Shown piece after piece: positions 29,987 through 39,884 of a stretch of DNA of 64,000 nucleotides. Below the pieces are notes generated by a model, which saw only the letters and a list, made by a program, of their open reading frames with translations, made no database searches and had not been told where the DNA came from. This DNA comes from Candidatus Lustribacter sp. (GTDB taxonomy: Bacteria > Vulcanimicrobiota > Vulcanimicrobiia > Vulcanimicrobiales > Vulcanimicrobiaceae), in NCBI GenBank assembly GCA_965277805.1, contig OZ255842.1, forward strand, positions 5,280,001 through 5,344,000, in the 5' to 3' direction. The first letter of the stretch is position 1; every line of letters begins with the position of its first letter. A program made the translations under genes and the position numbers.

Positions 29987-30508
29987 CTACTCAGACTTTG
30001 CGACGATGACTTGTCCCACGCGTAGCACGTCGTCGCCCAGCACGTACGCACGTGCGGCTTCGTCGAGCACGGTTTCTTCCGGCACGCTCGAATCCGGACG
30101 CGTGCCGATCGCCTCGGCGAATTTCGGATCGAACCGCGCGCCCTTGAGCGGCACGGCTTTCACGCCTTCGCTTTCGAGGACCGACTCGAATCCGCGCAAC
30201 GTCGCTGCGAGGCCGGTCTGTAGTCCGTCACTGGCCGGAGCGTAGGTCAACGCGCGTTCGAGATTGTCGAGCACCGGCAAAATCTTCTTGAGGACCGACT
30301 TCTTGCCGGCCAAGGAGATCTCGCCGAGCTGACGCTCGACGCGCTTCTTGTAGTTTTCGAAATCGGCCATGGCGAGGAGAAACTTGTTGTAGTTCTCGTC
30401 GGCCTTGGCTTTCGCCGCAGCGAGTTCGTCGGCGCCGTTGTCCAATGACGAGCCGTTCGTGATGAACGGCTCGTCGGTGGGAACGCGCATCTCTGCATCG
30501 TCGTTCAT
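29987..30508 (-). CDS. grpE: Nucleotide exchange factor
   Basis: ADFENYKKR, LPVLDNLERAL, FDP; position between dnaK and dnaJ. Confidence 0.92.
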   Translation of the reverse strand: MNDDAEMRVPTDEPFITNGSSLDNGADELAAAKAKADENYNKFLLAMADFENYKKRVERQLGEISLAGKKSVLKKILPVLDNLERALTYAPASDGLQTGLAATLRGFESVLESEGVKAVPLKGARFDPKFAEAIGTRPDSSVPEETVLDEAARAYVLGDDVLRVGQVIVAKSE

Positions 30509-30517
30509 GGCGAAGCC

Positions 30518-32380
30518 TTACTTGGCTTCTTTGAACTCGGCGTCGATCACGTCGTCGCTGGCGTGAGCGTGGTCCTCGTGCGGCGCGCCATCGTGCGCGG
30601 CGCCGTTGGACGAAGCCCCGTTTTGCTCGGCCGCACCCTCAGGTCCACCCGTGGTCTTGTAGAGTGCTTCAGCCAGTTTGTACGAGGCGGCTTGCAGCGC
30701 TTCGGTGGCCGCTTTGATTTCGGCGGCGGTGCCGTTGTCGCTCTTGGCCTTGAGCTCGGTCAGCGCGGCTTCGACGTCGGCACGGGTTTGCGCCTCAGCC
30801 TTGTCGCCGACTTCCTTGAGCGATTTCTCGGTCGAGTAGATCAGCGAAGTTGCGTTGTTGCGAATCTCAGCCTCTTCGCGTTTGGCCTTGTCATCCGCGG
30901 CCATCGCTTCGGCATCCCGGACCATGCGATCGACTTCGTCTTTGGAGAGGTTGGTCGATGCGGTGATCGTGATCTGCTGTTCCTTGCCCGTGCCGAGATC
31001 CTTCGCCGAAACGTTCACGATGCCGTTGGCGTCGATGTTGAACGTGACTTCGACTTGCGGAACTCCGCGCGGCGCGGCCGGCAGACCTTCGAGACGGAAC
31101 CGTCCCAGCGACTTGTTGTCGGCGGCCATCTCGCGTTCGCCTTGGAGAACGTTGATGTCGACCGACGTCTGGCCGTCTTCGGCCGTCGTGAAGACTTGCG
31201 TCTTGCGCGTCGGGATCGTCGTGTTGCGCTCGATCAGTTTCGTCGCCACGCCGCCGAGGGTTTCGAGGCCCAGCGAGAGCGGGGTTACGTCGAGCAGCAC
31301 GACGTCGTGCACTTCACCGGAGAGAACACCGGCTTGAATCGCAGCACCGATGGCCACGACTTCGTCGGGGTTCACCGACTGGTTGAGCTCTTTGCCCGTC
31401 AGCTTGCGCACGAGTTCTTGGATCACGGGCATGCGGGTCGAACCGCCGACCATGACGATCTCATCGATCTTCGAAACGTCGAGCTTCGCATCGGCGAGCG
31501 CGTTCTTGAACGGCTGCACGCAGCGCTGGGTGAGGTCGTCGGTCAGTTCTTCGAACTTCGCGCGCGTCACCGTGACGTCGAGGTGCTTGGGACCGTTCGC
31601 ATCGGCCGTGATGAAGGGCAGGTTGATGTTGGTCTGGACCGTGCTCGAGAGCTCGATCTTCGCCTTTTCGGCGGCTTCGGTGAGCCGCTGCATCGCTTGG
31701 CGGTCGCCGCTGAGGTCGATGCCTTGTTCTTTGCGGAATTCCGAGACGAGATAGTCGACGAGGCGCAAGTCGTAGTCGTCGCCGCCCAGATGGGTGTCGC
31801 CGTTGGTCGACTTCACTTCGAAGACGCCGTCGCCGACTTCCAGCACGGACACGTCGAACGTGCCGCCGCCGAGGTCGAATACGAGGATCGTTTCGTTGCC
31901 TTTTTTGTCGAGACCGTACGCCAGCGCCGCTGCCGTCGGCTCGTTGATGATGCGCAGCACTTCGAGGCCCGCGATCTTCCCCGCGTCCTTCGTTGCTTGC
32001 CGCTGCGCGTCGTTGAAGTACGCCGGCACCGTGATGACCGCTTTGGTCACGCGTTCACCGAGGTACGACGATGCGTCGTTCACCAGTTTCTGGAGAACCA
32101 TCGCGCTGATCTCTTGCGGCGTGTAATCCTTACCGTCGATCTTGACGGTGAAGTCCGTGCCCATGTGCCGCTTGATCGAAGAGATCGTGCGATCCGGGTT
32201 CGTGACGGCCTGGCGCTTTGCCAGTTGCCCGACGAGCCGCTCGCCGGTCTTGGTGAAAGCCACAACCGAAGGCGTCGTGCGATTGCCTTCGGCGTTGGCG
32301 ATGACGGTGGGGCTCTGCCCCTCCATCACGGCGACGACGGAGTTGGTCGTGCCGAGGTCGATGCCGACCACTTTAGCCAT
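30518..32380 (-). CDS. dnaK: Hsp70 chaperone
   Basis: [33 protein letters not shown]. Confidence 0.98.
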   Translation of the reverse strand: MAKVVGIDLGTTNSVVAVMEGQSPTVIANAEGNRTTPSVVAFTKTGERLVGQLAKRQAVTNPDRTISSIKRHMGTDFTVKIDGKDYTPQEISAMVLQKLVNDASSYLGERVTKAVITVPAYFNDAQRQATKDAGKIAGLEVLRIINEPTAAALAYGLDKKGNETILVFDLGGGTFDVSVLEVGDGVFEVKSTNGDTHLGGDDYDLRLVDYLVSEFRKEQGIDLSGDRQAMQRLTEAAEKAKIELSSTVQTNINLPFITADANGPKHLDVTVTRAKFEELTDDLTQRCVQPFKNALADAKLDVSKIDEIVMVGGSTRMPVIQELVRKLTGKELNQSVNPDEVVAIGAAIQAGVLSGEVHDVVLLDVTPLSLGLETLGGVATKLIERNTTIPTRKTQVFTTAEDGQTSVDINVLQGEREMAADNKSLGRFRLEGLPAAPRGVPQVEVTFNIDANGIVNVSAKDLGTGKEQQITITASTNLSKDEVDRMVRDAEAMAADDKAKREEAEIRNNATSLIYSTEKSLKEVGDKAEAQTRADVEAALTELKAKSDNGTAAEIKAATEALQAASYKLAEALYKTTGGPEGAAEQNGASSNGAAHDGAPHEDHAHASDDVIDAEFKEAK

Positions 32381-32594
32381 GTTGAATTGTTCTCGCTTTC
32401 CGAGCCGCGTGGACCATCCGTCGCAAGATTGCTCTCACTCGGGCCTTGCCGCTTATCGTGGCTCAAGGACTGTAAGTAACGCTGCCGTCTTAACGCGGCG
32501 TACCGACTATGATACGCCACCGGGGCGGTTTTGTTCCACTCACTGTGACAGCTTTTCTGGCACAATGGTTTCGCCTTGGGCGTCCGGGCGGATG

Positions 32595-32636
32595 AAAAAA
32601 GGGCTCGCCCGGGATGGTATCCCCCGGGCGAGCCCT
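32595..32636 (-). terminator. Intrinsic terminator of htrA
   Basis: 14-bp stem AGGGCTCGCCCGGG/CCCGGGCGAGCCCT followed by a T-run on the minus strand. Confidence 0.85.
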
Positions 32637-32668
32637 CGCAAACCAATGTCTGGGTTACTGTGACCGGG

Positions 32669-33910
32669 TTACTGGTTCTCTTGCTGTTGCTGCTGGTTGA
32701 GGTAGAGGTCGGCCGGTTGCTCGCCGAGGGTCAGAATCACGAGCTTCTTGGTGCCCGCGCTCCAGACTTGGAGCTTCACCGATTGGCCTGGCTTCATGCC
32801 CTTGACCACGCTGATGATGTCATCCGGCTTGGTCACGTCCTTGTCGTTGATCTTCTGGATCACGTCGCCGGGCGAGAGGTCGGACTTGGCCGCCGGGCCG
32901 TTGGGCGGGATCTGGGCCACGACGACGCCGTTGCCGGCCGTGGTCGGGTAGTTGATCTGGGCGCGGACGTTGTTGTCGAGGGCCTGAAGGGCGACGCCGA
33001 GGTAACCGACGCCGGTGCCGGTGCCGTTGGCGTCGATCGTCTTGCCTTGGTTGGCAACGAGATCGGCGGCCGTGGTCCGCACGATGTTCGACGGGATTGC
33101 GAAGCCGATGCCTTGCGCTCCGGCTTGGGGGTTGGCCGTCGACTGGTTCACGCCGATGAGCCGGCCCTGGTCGTCGACCAGCGGGCCGCCCGAGTTACCC
33201 GGGTTAATCGGCGCCGAGGTCTGGAGCATGCCGCGGAAGAGGTGCGCGTTGCCCTGCTCGTCCTGGATCGGTTCGTCGCGGTTGAAGCCCGAGACGACGC
33301 CGACCGACACCGATTGCTTCAGTTCGAACGGTTCGCCGACGGCGATCGCCCACTGACCGGCGTTGAGCTTCGAACTGTCGCCGAATTCGACCGGCGGCGG
33401 GAGCTTCGCGTAGTTGTCGACCTTCACGAGCGCCAGGTCGACGCCCGGGTTCTGGGAGTAGACGTGTCCCGGCACGTGATCGCCGTTCGCGAACACGACC
33501 GTGATCTTCGAAACGCCCTTCGGCACGACGTGGTTGTTCGTGAGGATCAAACCGTCGCTGCGATAGACGAAGCCCGAGCCCGAGGCGCGCTCTTGGAAGC
33601 GCTGCTGCGTACCGCCCTGGGCGCCGCCGCCGCCGAAGAACTGCTGGAACGGATCGTTCGGCACGACGCGCGTGCCGTTGACGGTGACGAGCAGCGAAAC
33701 GACCGAGGGTTCGACGCGCTTGACGGCGTCGACGATGCGTTGCTGATCGCTACCGCCGCTAACCGGCAGCGGCGCGGCGCTGACGACCGGTGGGGTGTTG
33801 CCGGGTCCGGCGACGTTCGTGAAGTGGGTACTCGCGAAGAGCATCATCGAGAAACTCCCGAGGATTGCTCCGATGAGTCCAACTACCGCCGTCCCGAAGA
33901 ATCTCTTCAT
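32669..33910 (-). CDS. htrA: HtrA/DegP-family serine protease with one PDZ domain
   Basis: TNNHVV, DLALVK, INPGNSGGPL, C-terminal PDZ. Confidence 0.92.
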   Translation of the reverse strand: MKRFFGTAVVGLIGAILGSFSMMLFASTHFTNVAGPGNTPPVVSAAPLPVSGGSDQQRIVDAVKRVEPSVVSLLVTVNGTRVVPNDPFQQFFGGGGAQGGTQQRFQERASGSGFVYRSDGLILTNNHVVPKGVSKITVVFANGDHVPGHVYSQNPGVDLALVKVDNYAKLPPPVEFGDSSKLNAGQWAIAVGEPFELKQSVSVGVVSGFNRDEPIQDEQGNAHLFRGMLQTSAPINPGNSGGPLVDDQGRLIGVNQSTANPQAGAQGIGFAIPSNIVRTTAADLVANQGKTIDANGTGTGVGYLGVALQALDNNVRAQINYPTTAGNGVVVAQIPPNGPAAKSDLSPGDVIQKINDKDVTKPDDIISVVKGMKPGQSVKLQVWSAGTKKLVILTLGEQPADLYLNQQQQQENQ

Positions 33911-34013
33911 TGGGGCTGTCTCCTGTTTCGTTACGCCAGGGCGTCTGGTTGGGATTTCGTTGCGCTACTACTAACGATAAAGCCCCGGTGTGTCGTTCCG
34001 TCCGGAGGAAGAT

Positions 34014-34340
34014 TTATCGACCAGCACCCCGATTGCCCGCTTGTACCGGAGGGGGCGAGAAGAGGCTGTCTAGGGCTAGTTTACCCTCAATCACGGCTTG
34101 CACGCGCTCCAGCTCCGCTTTTCGCAGTTCCAGCAGCTGCAGGCGCAAGAACGTCCGGACGAGCCGCCGGGCGTGCGGAGAATAGAGCTCGCGCGCCGTA
34201 CCGGGGCTCAGAACCGGCGGCGCAACGATTGCCCTGTGTACGGTGGTTGCGCTGGATGTCGCGCTTGGTGCAGCCCACGCCGGCCCGGAACCCAGGGCCA
34301 GGCTCAGGACCACGGCGGCGCCGCGCGATCGAAACGTCAT
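34014..34340 (-). CDS. Small hypothetical secreted protein
   Basis: Signal-peptide-like N-terminus ending AWA-A; amphipathic helix; fills the gap between htrA and rnj. Confidence 0.45.
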   Translation of the reverse strand: MTFRSRGAAVVLSLALGSGPAWAAPSATSSATTVHRAIVAPPVLSPGTARELYSPHARRLVRTFLRLQLLELRKAELERVQAVIEGKLALDSLFSPPPVQAGNRGAGR

Positions 34341-34389
34341 ACCGGGGCTTCACGCCCGCCCCACCTTTCAGCAAGGACTCTCCGCGAAT

Positions 34390-36096
34390 TTGAACGGTCA
34401 ACCCTACGCCGACACGCTCGTCGTCCCGCCGCCGCCGGACGAACCGTACGTGCGCGTAATCCCACTCGGCGGATGCGGCGAAATCGGCCGCAACATGACC
34501 CTGTTCGAAACGAAGGACGACATCGTCGCCGTCGATTGCGGACTGATGTTCCCCGATGAAGAGATGTACGGCGTCGACATCGTCATCAACGATTTCAGCT
34601 ATTTGCGCGACCGGCGCGACAAGCTGCGCGCGCTGCTCGTCACCCACGGTCACGAAGATCACATCGGCGGTATTCCGTACTTCTTGCGCGAATTTCCGAA
34701 ATGTCCGATCGTCGGCACGCCGCTGACGCTGGCGCTGATCAAGGCCAAGCTCAAGGAACATAAACCGAGCGATCTCGACCTGGTCAAGGTCGAGCCCGGC
34801 GATAAAGTCACCTATGGCGCGTTCACGGCCGAGTTCATCCATATCAATCACTCGCTGGCCGGCGCTTGCGCGATCGCGATCCGCACGCCCCTCGGCGCGT
34901 TCTTTCACACCGGCGATTTCAAGTTCGATCAGACGCCGATCGACGGCGACCCGGCCGACTTCGCCGCGATCGCGCGCGTCGGTGATGCGGGCGTGCTGTG
35001 CATGCTCGCCGATTCGACCAACGCCGAACGGCCCGGGCACACGCTCTCGGAACGTATCGTCGGCGAAGCGTTCTCGAACATCTTCGCCCGCGCGGCGGGA
35101 CGCATCATCGTCACGTCGTTTGCCTCGAACGTGCCGCGCATCCAGCAAGTCGTCGACCAGTGCAAACGCTTCAACCGGCGGCTGGCCTTTCTCGGCCGTT
35201 CGCTGACGAACGTGGTGCAGTACGCGAGCGAACTCAAGTACCTCGACATTCCCGACGGCTTGGTGATCAAGCTCAGCGACGTCGAGTCGTATCCGCCCGA
35301 ACAGGTCGTCGTGATGACGACGGGCTCGCAAGGCGAGCCGATGTCGGCGCTCACGCGGCTCTCGGTGCGCGATCACAAGCTGCTGCGCATCATTCCGGGC
35401 GACACCGTCGTGATCAGCGCAACGCCGATTCCCGGTAACGAGAAGAGCGTCGGCAAGACGATCAACAACCTCTACCGACTCGGCGCGAAAGTGATCCACG
35501 GCTCGAGCGGCAACGCGCACGTGTCGGGACATGCCTCGCAAGAAGAGCTCTTTTTGATGCTCAATCTCGTGCGGCCGAAGCACTTCATTCCCGTGCACGG
35601 TGAATACCGGATGCTCGTGACGCATGCGGGGCTGGCCGAGAAGACCGGCGTCGCCGCCGAGAACACGCACGTCATCGAGGACGGCGACGTCCTCGAATTC
35701 ACGGCCGGCGGCTGCGCGCAAGTCGGCCGCACATACGGCGGCAACGTGATGGTCGACGGCTCGGGTGTCGGCGACGTCGGCGAGGCCGTGCTGCGCGACC
35801 GCAAGCATCTCTCGGCCGACGGTATCATCATGGTCGTCGTCACGGTCGACTCCGAAGAAGCGCGCATCGTCGCAGGGCCCGACCTGATCTCGCGCGGCGT
35901 ATTCTATCTGCCCGAATCGGGCGGCGTGCTGGACGAGCTGAAGGCCACGCTCAACACGATCCTGGCAGGCTGCTCGGCGGAGGGCTTGCGCGACGTCGGC
36001 AACGTGAAAGAACACATCCGCGCCGGCCTCTCCAAAGCCGTCTTCGCCCGCAGCAAACGCCGCCCCATCGTGATCCCCGTCGTCATGGAAGTCTAG
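34390..36096 (+). CDS. rnj: Ribonuclease J
   Basis: PLGGCGEIGRNM, THGHEDHIG, HVSGHAS, PVHGEYRM; probable TTG start after AAGGA. Confidence 0.95.
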   Translation: MNGQPYADTLVVPPPPDEPYVRVIPLGGCGEIGRNMTLFETKDDIVAVDCGLMFPDEEMYGVDIVINDFSYLRDRRDKLRALLVTHGHEDHIGGIPYFLREFPKCPIVGTPLTLALIKAKLKEHKPSDLDLVKVEPGDKVTYGAFTAEFIHINHSLAGACAIAIRTPLGAFFHTGDFKFDQTPIDGDPADFAAIARVGDAGVLCMLADSTNAERPGHTLSERIVGEAFSNIFARAAGRIIVTSFASNVPRIQQVVDQCKRFNRRLAFLGRSLTNVVQYASELKYLDIPDGLVIKLSDVESYPPEQVVVMTTGSQGEPMSALTRLSVRDHKLLRIIPGDTVVISATPIPGNEKSVGKTINNLYRLGAKVIHGSSGNAHVSGHASQEELFLMLNLVRPKHFIPVHGEYRMLVTHAGLAEKTGVAAENTHVIEDGDVLEFTAGGCAQVGRTYGGNVMVDGSGVGDVGEAVLRDRKHLSADGIIMVVVTVDSEEARIVAGPDLISRGVFYLPESGGVLDELKATLNTILAGCSAEGLRDVGNVKEHIRAGLSKAVFARSKRRPIVIPVVMEV

Positions 36097-36125
36097 TGTC
36101 GTCCCTAGACAAGCTCGGGATGACA
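36097..36125. repeat. Short REP-like palindrome directly after the rnj stop
   Basis: TGTCGTCCC-TAGACAAGCTC-GGGATGACA. Confidence 0.65.
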
Positions 36126-36154
36126 TAAAGGCAACCGGGACGTAGAAATCGCCG

Positions 36155-36481
36155 ATGAAGAGTCGGCGGTCGTTTTTAGCTTCCGTGGCGTCGGGTGGCA
36201 TTGGGATTGCGCTGGCGAAGGCGGATCCGGCAGTTGCGCAATCGGCGACGCCCTCCCCGGCTCCCTCGGCATCGGGTAAACCCGCGAGTGCGGCCGCGGT
36301 GGCGTTTGCGTTGACGATGCGGCGCTTCGATCCGGCACTCTCCGATAACGACGTGCAGACGATTGCGAAGGCGATCGATGCGAACAACGATGCGGCGCGC
36401 ACGCTGAATCCGAAGAACAAACGGCTGAAGAACGTCGATGCGCCGATCGTGCGCTTCGCCGTCGCCGGCGGTGAGGCGTGA
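36155..36481 (+). CDS. Small Tat-signal protein, possibly a GatC/AtzG-like amidase partner
   Basis: MKSRRSFL twin-arginine motif; GTGA overlap with the amidase. Confidence 0.7.
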   Translation: MKSRRSFLASVASGGIGIALAKADPAVAQSATPSPAPSASGKPASAAAVAFALTMRRFDPALSDNDVQTIAKAIDANNDAARTLNPKNKRLKNVDAPIVRFAVAGGEA

Positions 36482-37884
36482 ACGCTGACGACGTCGCGTA
36501 TTCCGACATCGTCGACTTGCAGCGGCTGCTCACCGCCAAAACGATCTCGTCGGTCGAACTGACGCAGCTCTACCTCGACCGCCTCGAAAAATACGGCCCC
36601 GTGTACAACGCCGTTATCACGGTATTGCACGAACGCGCGCTGCGCGAAGCGCGGCGCGCCGACCGCGAACGCGCCGCCGGCCGCGTGCGCGGCCCGCTGC
36701 ACGGCATCCCGTACGGCGTGAAAGATCTGCTCGCGACGCCCGATGCGCCGACGACCTGGGGCGCGCAGCCGTATCGCCGGCAGCGCTTCGATTACGATGC
36801 GACGGTCGTGACAAAGCTTACCGATGCGGGTGCGGTGCTACTCGCGAAGCTCGCGATGATCGAACTCGCGGGCGGCTTCGGCTACAACGACGCCGACGCG
36901 TCGTTCACCGGCCCCGCGCGCACGCCGTGGAATCCGGCATTTTGGGCCGGCGGTTCGTCGAGTGGTTCGGGCATCGCGGTCGCCGCGGGTTTGGTCGGTT
37001 TTGCGATCGGTTCGGAAACCGCGGGCTCGATCGTGTTTCCGTCGATGGCGAACGGCGTCACGGGTTTGCGGCCGACCTTCGGACGCGTGAGCCGGCACGG
37101 CGCGATGGCGCTGTGCTGGACGCTCGACAAACTCGGTCCGCTCGGCCGCAGCGCCCGCGACGGCGAGATCGTGTTACGCGCGATCGCCGGGGCGGACGAC
37201 AACGATCCGACGGCCGTCGACCGCAGCTTTCCCGCGCCGCGCCGCCGGCCGCGCATCGCGGTGTTGAAGAACGCGACGAAAGGCTGCATGCCGGCGGTCG
37301 CGCGCAATTTTCGCGCCACGCTGGCGCAGCTTGCGACGTTCTGCGATCTCGTGCAGAACGTCGCGCTGCCCGATCTGCCCTACGGCGCCGCGGTCGGCAC
37401 GATCGTCAACGCCGAAGGCGCGGCCGCGTTTCGCGATCTGATCGAATCCGGCAAGTCGCGCACGCTGCGGCAAAAGGACGACCGCTACGGCGGTTACGTC
37501 GCATACGCGACGCCGGCCGTCGATTACATCGACGCCCAACGGCAACGCACGCTGATGGTGCACGCGCTGCACGAGGCGTTCGGGGCCTACGACGCGGTCG
37601 CCGGACCGACGACGCCGACGATTACGTACCCGATCGGTAAGCCGTTCGACAAAACGTATACGGAGTACAGCGGCGCCCCCGACCTGATCGCGCCCGGAAA
37701 TTTGGCCGGCCTGCCGGCACTCGCGATGCCCAACGGGTTCGGCGATCACGGTTTGCCGACGAGCATCACGCTGCAGGGTACCGCCTTCAACGAGACGCGC
37801 TTGACCGCAATCGGTAAGCGGTACCAGATGCTGACCGATTTCCATCGCCGCCGTCCGCCGCTGGTCACCAAGCTGCGCGCGTGA
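36478..37884 (+). CDS. Amidase-signature family enzyme
   Basis: GPLHGIPYGVKDL, GGSSSGS, GSETAGSI (Lys/Ser/Ser triad). Confidence 0.92.
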   Translation: MNADDVAYSDIVDLQRLLTAKTISSVELTQLYLDRLEKYGPVYNAVITVLHERALREARRADRERAAGRVRGPLHGIPYGVKDLLATPDAPTTWGAQPYRRQRFDYDATVVTKLTDAGAVLLAKLAMIELAGGFGYNDADASFTGPARTPWNPAFWAGGSSSGSGIAVAAGLVGFAIGSETAGSIVFPSMANGVTGLRPTFGRVSRHGAMALCWTLDKLGPLGRSARDGEIVLRAIAGADDNDPTAVDRSFPAPRRRPRIAVLKNATKGCMPAVARNFRATLAQLATFCDLVQNVALPDLPYGAAVGTIVNAEGAAAFRDLIESGKSRTLRQKDDRYGGYVAYATPAVDYIDAQRQRTLMVHALHEAFGAYDAVAGPTTPTITYPIGKPFDKTYTEYSGAPDLIAPGNLAGLPALAMPNGFGDHGLPTSITLQGTAFNETRLTAIGKRYQMLTDFHRRRPPLVTKLRA

Positions 37885-39326
37885 TCGCCGCAGCCGCGAT
37901 TCTCGTTGCGTTGACGGTGCTGCGCGCGTACGCCGCGTTCAATGTACCGCTGACCGCGGATGAGGCGTACTACTGGACATGGAGCCTGCACCCGGCGTAC
38001 GGCTACACCGATCATCCGCCGATGGTCGCGTGGCTGATTTGGCTCGGCACGTTGTTCGGGCAAGGGCCGGGATTCGTGCGCTTGCCGTTCGTGTTATGCG
38101 AAGCGGTTGCGGCTGCGGCCGTGGGACGCGCGGCGCTGCTTATAACGAACAGCACGCGGGCCGGCGCGATCGCGCTGCTGCTGTTCGCGCTGATTCCGCA
38201 AACGAAGTTGTCGCTCGGCGAAGCATTGCCCGATGGCGCGTACATGGCGGCGTGGGCGCTCGCGCTGTGGGGCGCGGTTGCGCTCGACCGCCGGCCGTCG
38301 CTGCGCAACGCCGTGGGGTTGGGACTCGCGCTCGCCGCTGCCGTGCTCTCGCGCACGTTCGGCTGGGCGCTCGTCGTGGGTGTGGTCGCGTGGTCGTTCG
38401 AACCGTCGCGGCGCGCGCGCCTGTGGCCGCTGCTGACCTGTAGCGCAGCGATCGTCGCGGCGTTCTACGCGCCGTTCATCGGCTGGAACGCCGCGCACAA
38501 CTGGGAGAACTTCGCGTTCAGCTTCCAGACGCGCCAGCACTTCGGTCTCGCCGCAACGCATCTGGTCGATGTCTCGACCGTGCGTTTCGTAATCTACGCG
38601 GCGTTGCTGGCCGGGCTGACGTGGTGGATTGCATTGCGCCGCGAACCGCGCGTCACGCTCGTCGCCTGGACCGCGCTTCCGCTGCCCGCCGCGCTGCTCG
38701 CGCTCTCGTTCGTGACGACGACCGAATCGTATTGGATCATCGGCCCCGCCGCCTCGCTCGCGCTCGGCGCCGGTATCGCACTCGACAAAGCAGCCGCCGT
38801 CTGGCGACGCTCGATCTTGGCAGTTCTCGGCATCGGCACAGCCTACACCACGGCAGCCGCGCTGTTTCTCACGTTGCCGGAAGCAGCCCAAGCCGCGGCG
38901 TTTACCGCGATGCCGTCGTTGCGCGCCCCGTTCGCATCGGGCGTCTACGCCTTCGCCCCACTCGCCGATCGCCTGCGCACGCTCGCCGCAGCAGACAACA
39001 ACGCCGTCATCCTCACCGATCGCTACGAAACCTCAGCCGAACTCCTCCGCTACGGCTTCGACTCCCGCCTCGCCCGCGCTTTGCCGCAACAAGCACAATG
39101 GGAACGCTGGCACGCCGGCGAGCGACCCATACAACACGCCCTCATGGTAACCTACGCTGCGCCGCTGAGCGCCGATCCCGAACTCGATCAGCAGATCCAC
39201 GCCGCATTCGCACGCGTTACACCGCTACCGGACATCACCCTAGCGCATGCGGGAGTTCCCGAAGACACCTATTACGTGATGCAACTCGACGACCCACGCA
39301 TTGTCATCCCGAGCAAAGCGCCGTAG
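37881..39326 (+). CDS. GT-C (ArnT/PMT, family 39-like) glycosyltransferase
   Basis: DEAYYWTWS..GYTDHPP motif, many TM segments. Confidence 0.85.
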   Translation: MIAAAAILVALTVLRAYAAFNVPLTADEAYYWTWSLHPAYGYTDHPPMVAWLIWLGTLFGQGPGFVRLPFVLCEAVAAAAVGRAALLITNSTRAGAIALLLFALIPQTKLSLGEALPDGAYMAAWALALWGAVALDRRPSLRNAVGLGLALAAAVLSRTFGWALVVGVVAWSFEPSRRARLWPLLTCSAAIVAAFYAPFIGWNAAHNWENFAFSFQTRQHFGLAATHLVDVSTVRFVIYAALLAGLTWWIALRREPRVTLVAWTALPLPAALLALSFVTTTESYWIIGPAASLALGAGIALDKAAAVWRRSILAVLGIGTAYTTAAALFLTLPEAAQAAAFTAMPSLRAPFASGVYAFAPLADRLRTLAAADNNAVILTDRYETSAELLRYGFDSRLARALPQQAQWERWHAGERPIQHALMVTYAAPLSADPELDQQIHAAFARVTPLPDITLAHAGVPEDTYYVMQLDDPRIVIPSKAP

Positions 39327-39454
39327 GCGCGGCGACGAGGGACCGCCACGATCTTTGCTACTGAGTGCGATGCGCGAAGGCGGTCGGACTCCGAATACCA
39401 AGATGCTCTCGGGTTCCTCGTTTACGTGCCTTCGGCACTTCGCTCGGAATGACA
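39301..39454. repeat. REP-like palindromic element (two inverted units)
   Basis: TTGTCATCCCGAGCAAAGCG ... CACTTCGCTCGGAATGACA between convergent genes. Confidence 0.78.
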
Positions 39455-39463
39455 GGAAGAAGA

Positions 39464-39868
39464 CTATGGTTCGTTCGTGAGGGCGGCGATGCCGGCTGAG
39501 GCTAGTTCTTCGTCGCGGTTTTTGGCGTTGCCGGTTACGCCGATGGCGGCGACGGTTCGGCCTGATGTGTCGCGTACGGGGACGCCGCCGGGGAGTGCGC
39601 AGAGCATGGGGTCGCCGTAGTAGGCGATTTGCCGGTGCGCCGTGTCCAGTTCTTCGTGGAAAGCGCTGGTGTTGCGGTCCATGATTGCGGCGGTGTAGGC
39701 TTTGCGCTGCGTCATCCGCATCGAGCGCGGACGGCAGCCGTCCATGCGCTGCGCGGCGATGAGGTCGCCATGATCGTCGACGATCGCGACCGCAACGGTG
39801 AAGCCGGCGGCTTCTGCGGCAGCAACCACCGCATCAATCGCCGCTCGGGCACTAGCAACGGAAATCAT
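39464..39868 (-). CDS. GlcG/HbpS-family heme-binding protein
   Basis: VAIVDDHGDLIAAQRMDG, RKAYTA, PGGVPV, AIGVTG. Confidence 0.85.
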   Translation of the reverse strand: MISVASARAAIDAVVAAAEAAGFTVAVAIVDDHGDLIAAQRMDGCRPRSMRMTQRKAYTAAIMDRNTSAFHEELDTAHRQIAYYGDPMLCALPGGVPVRDTSGRTVAAIGVTGNAKNRDEELASAGIAALTNEP

Positions 39869-39884
39869 CTAGCGATTCTCCCGG

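Noticed and set aside
32420-32470. CIRCE or full HAIR operator before dnaK
   Set aside because: Neither consensus nor spacing matches; only one half-site resembles HAIR.
30563-32479. 638-aa ORF antisense to dnaK
   Set aside because: Typical shadow ORF produced by codon bias opposite Hsp70; no independent motifs.
36478-37884. gatA assignment
   Set aside because: No gatB neighbour, the partner has a Tat signal, and the GSETAGSI variant fits a general amidase.
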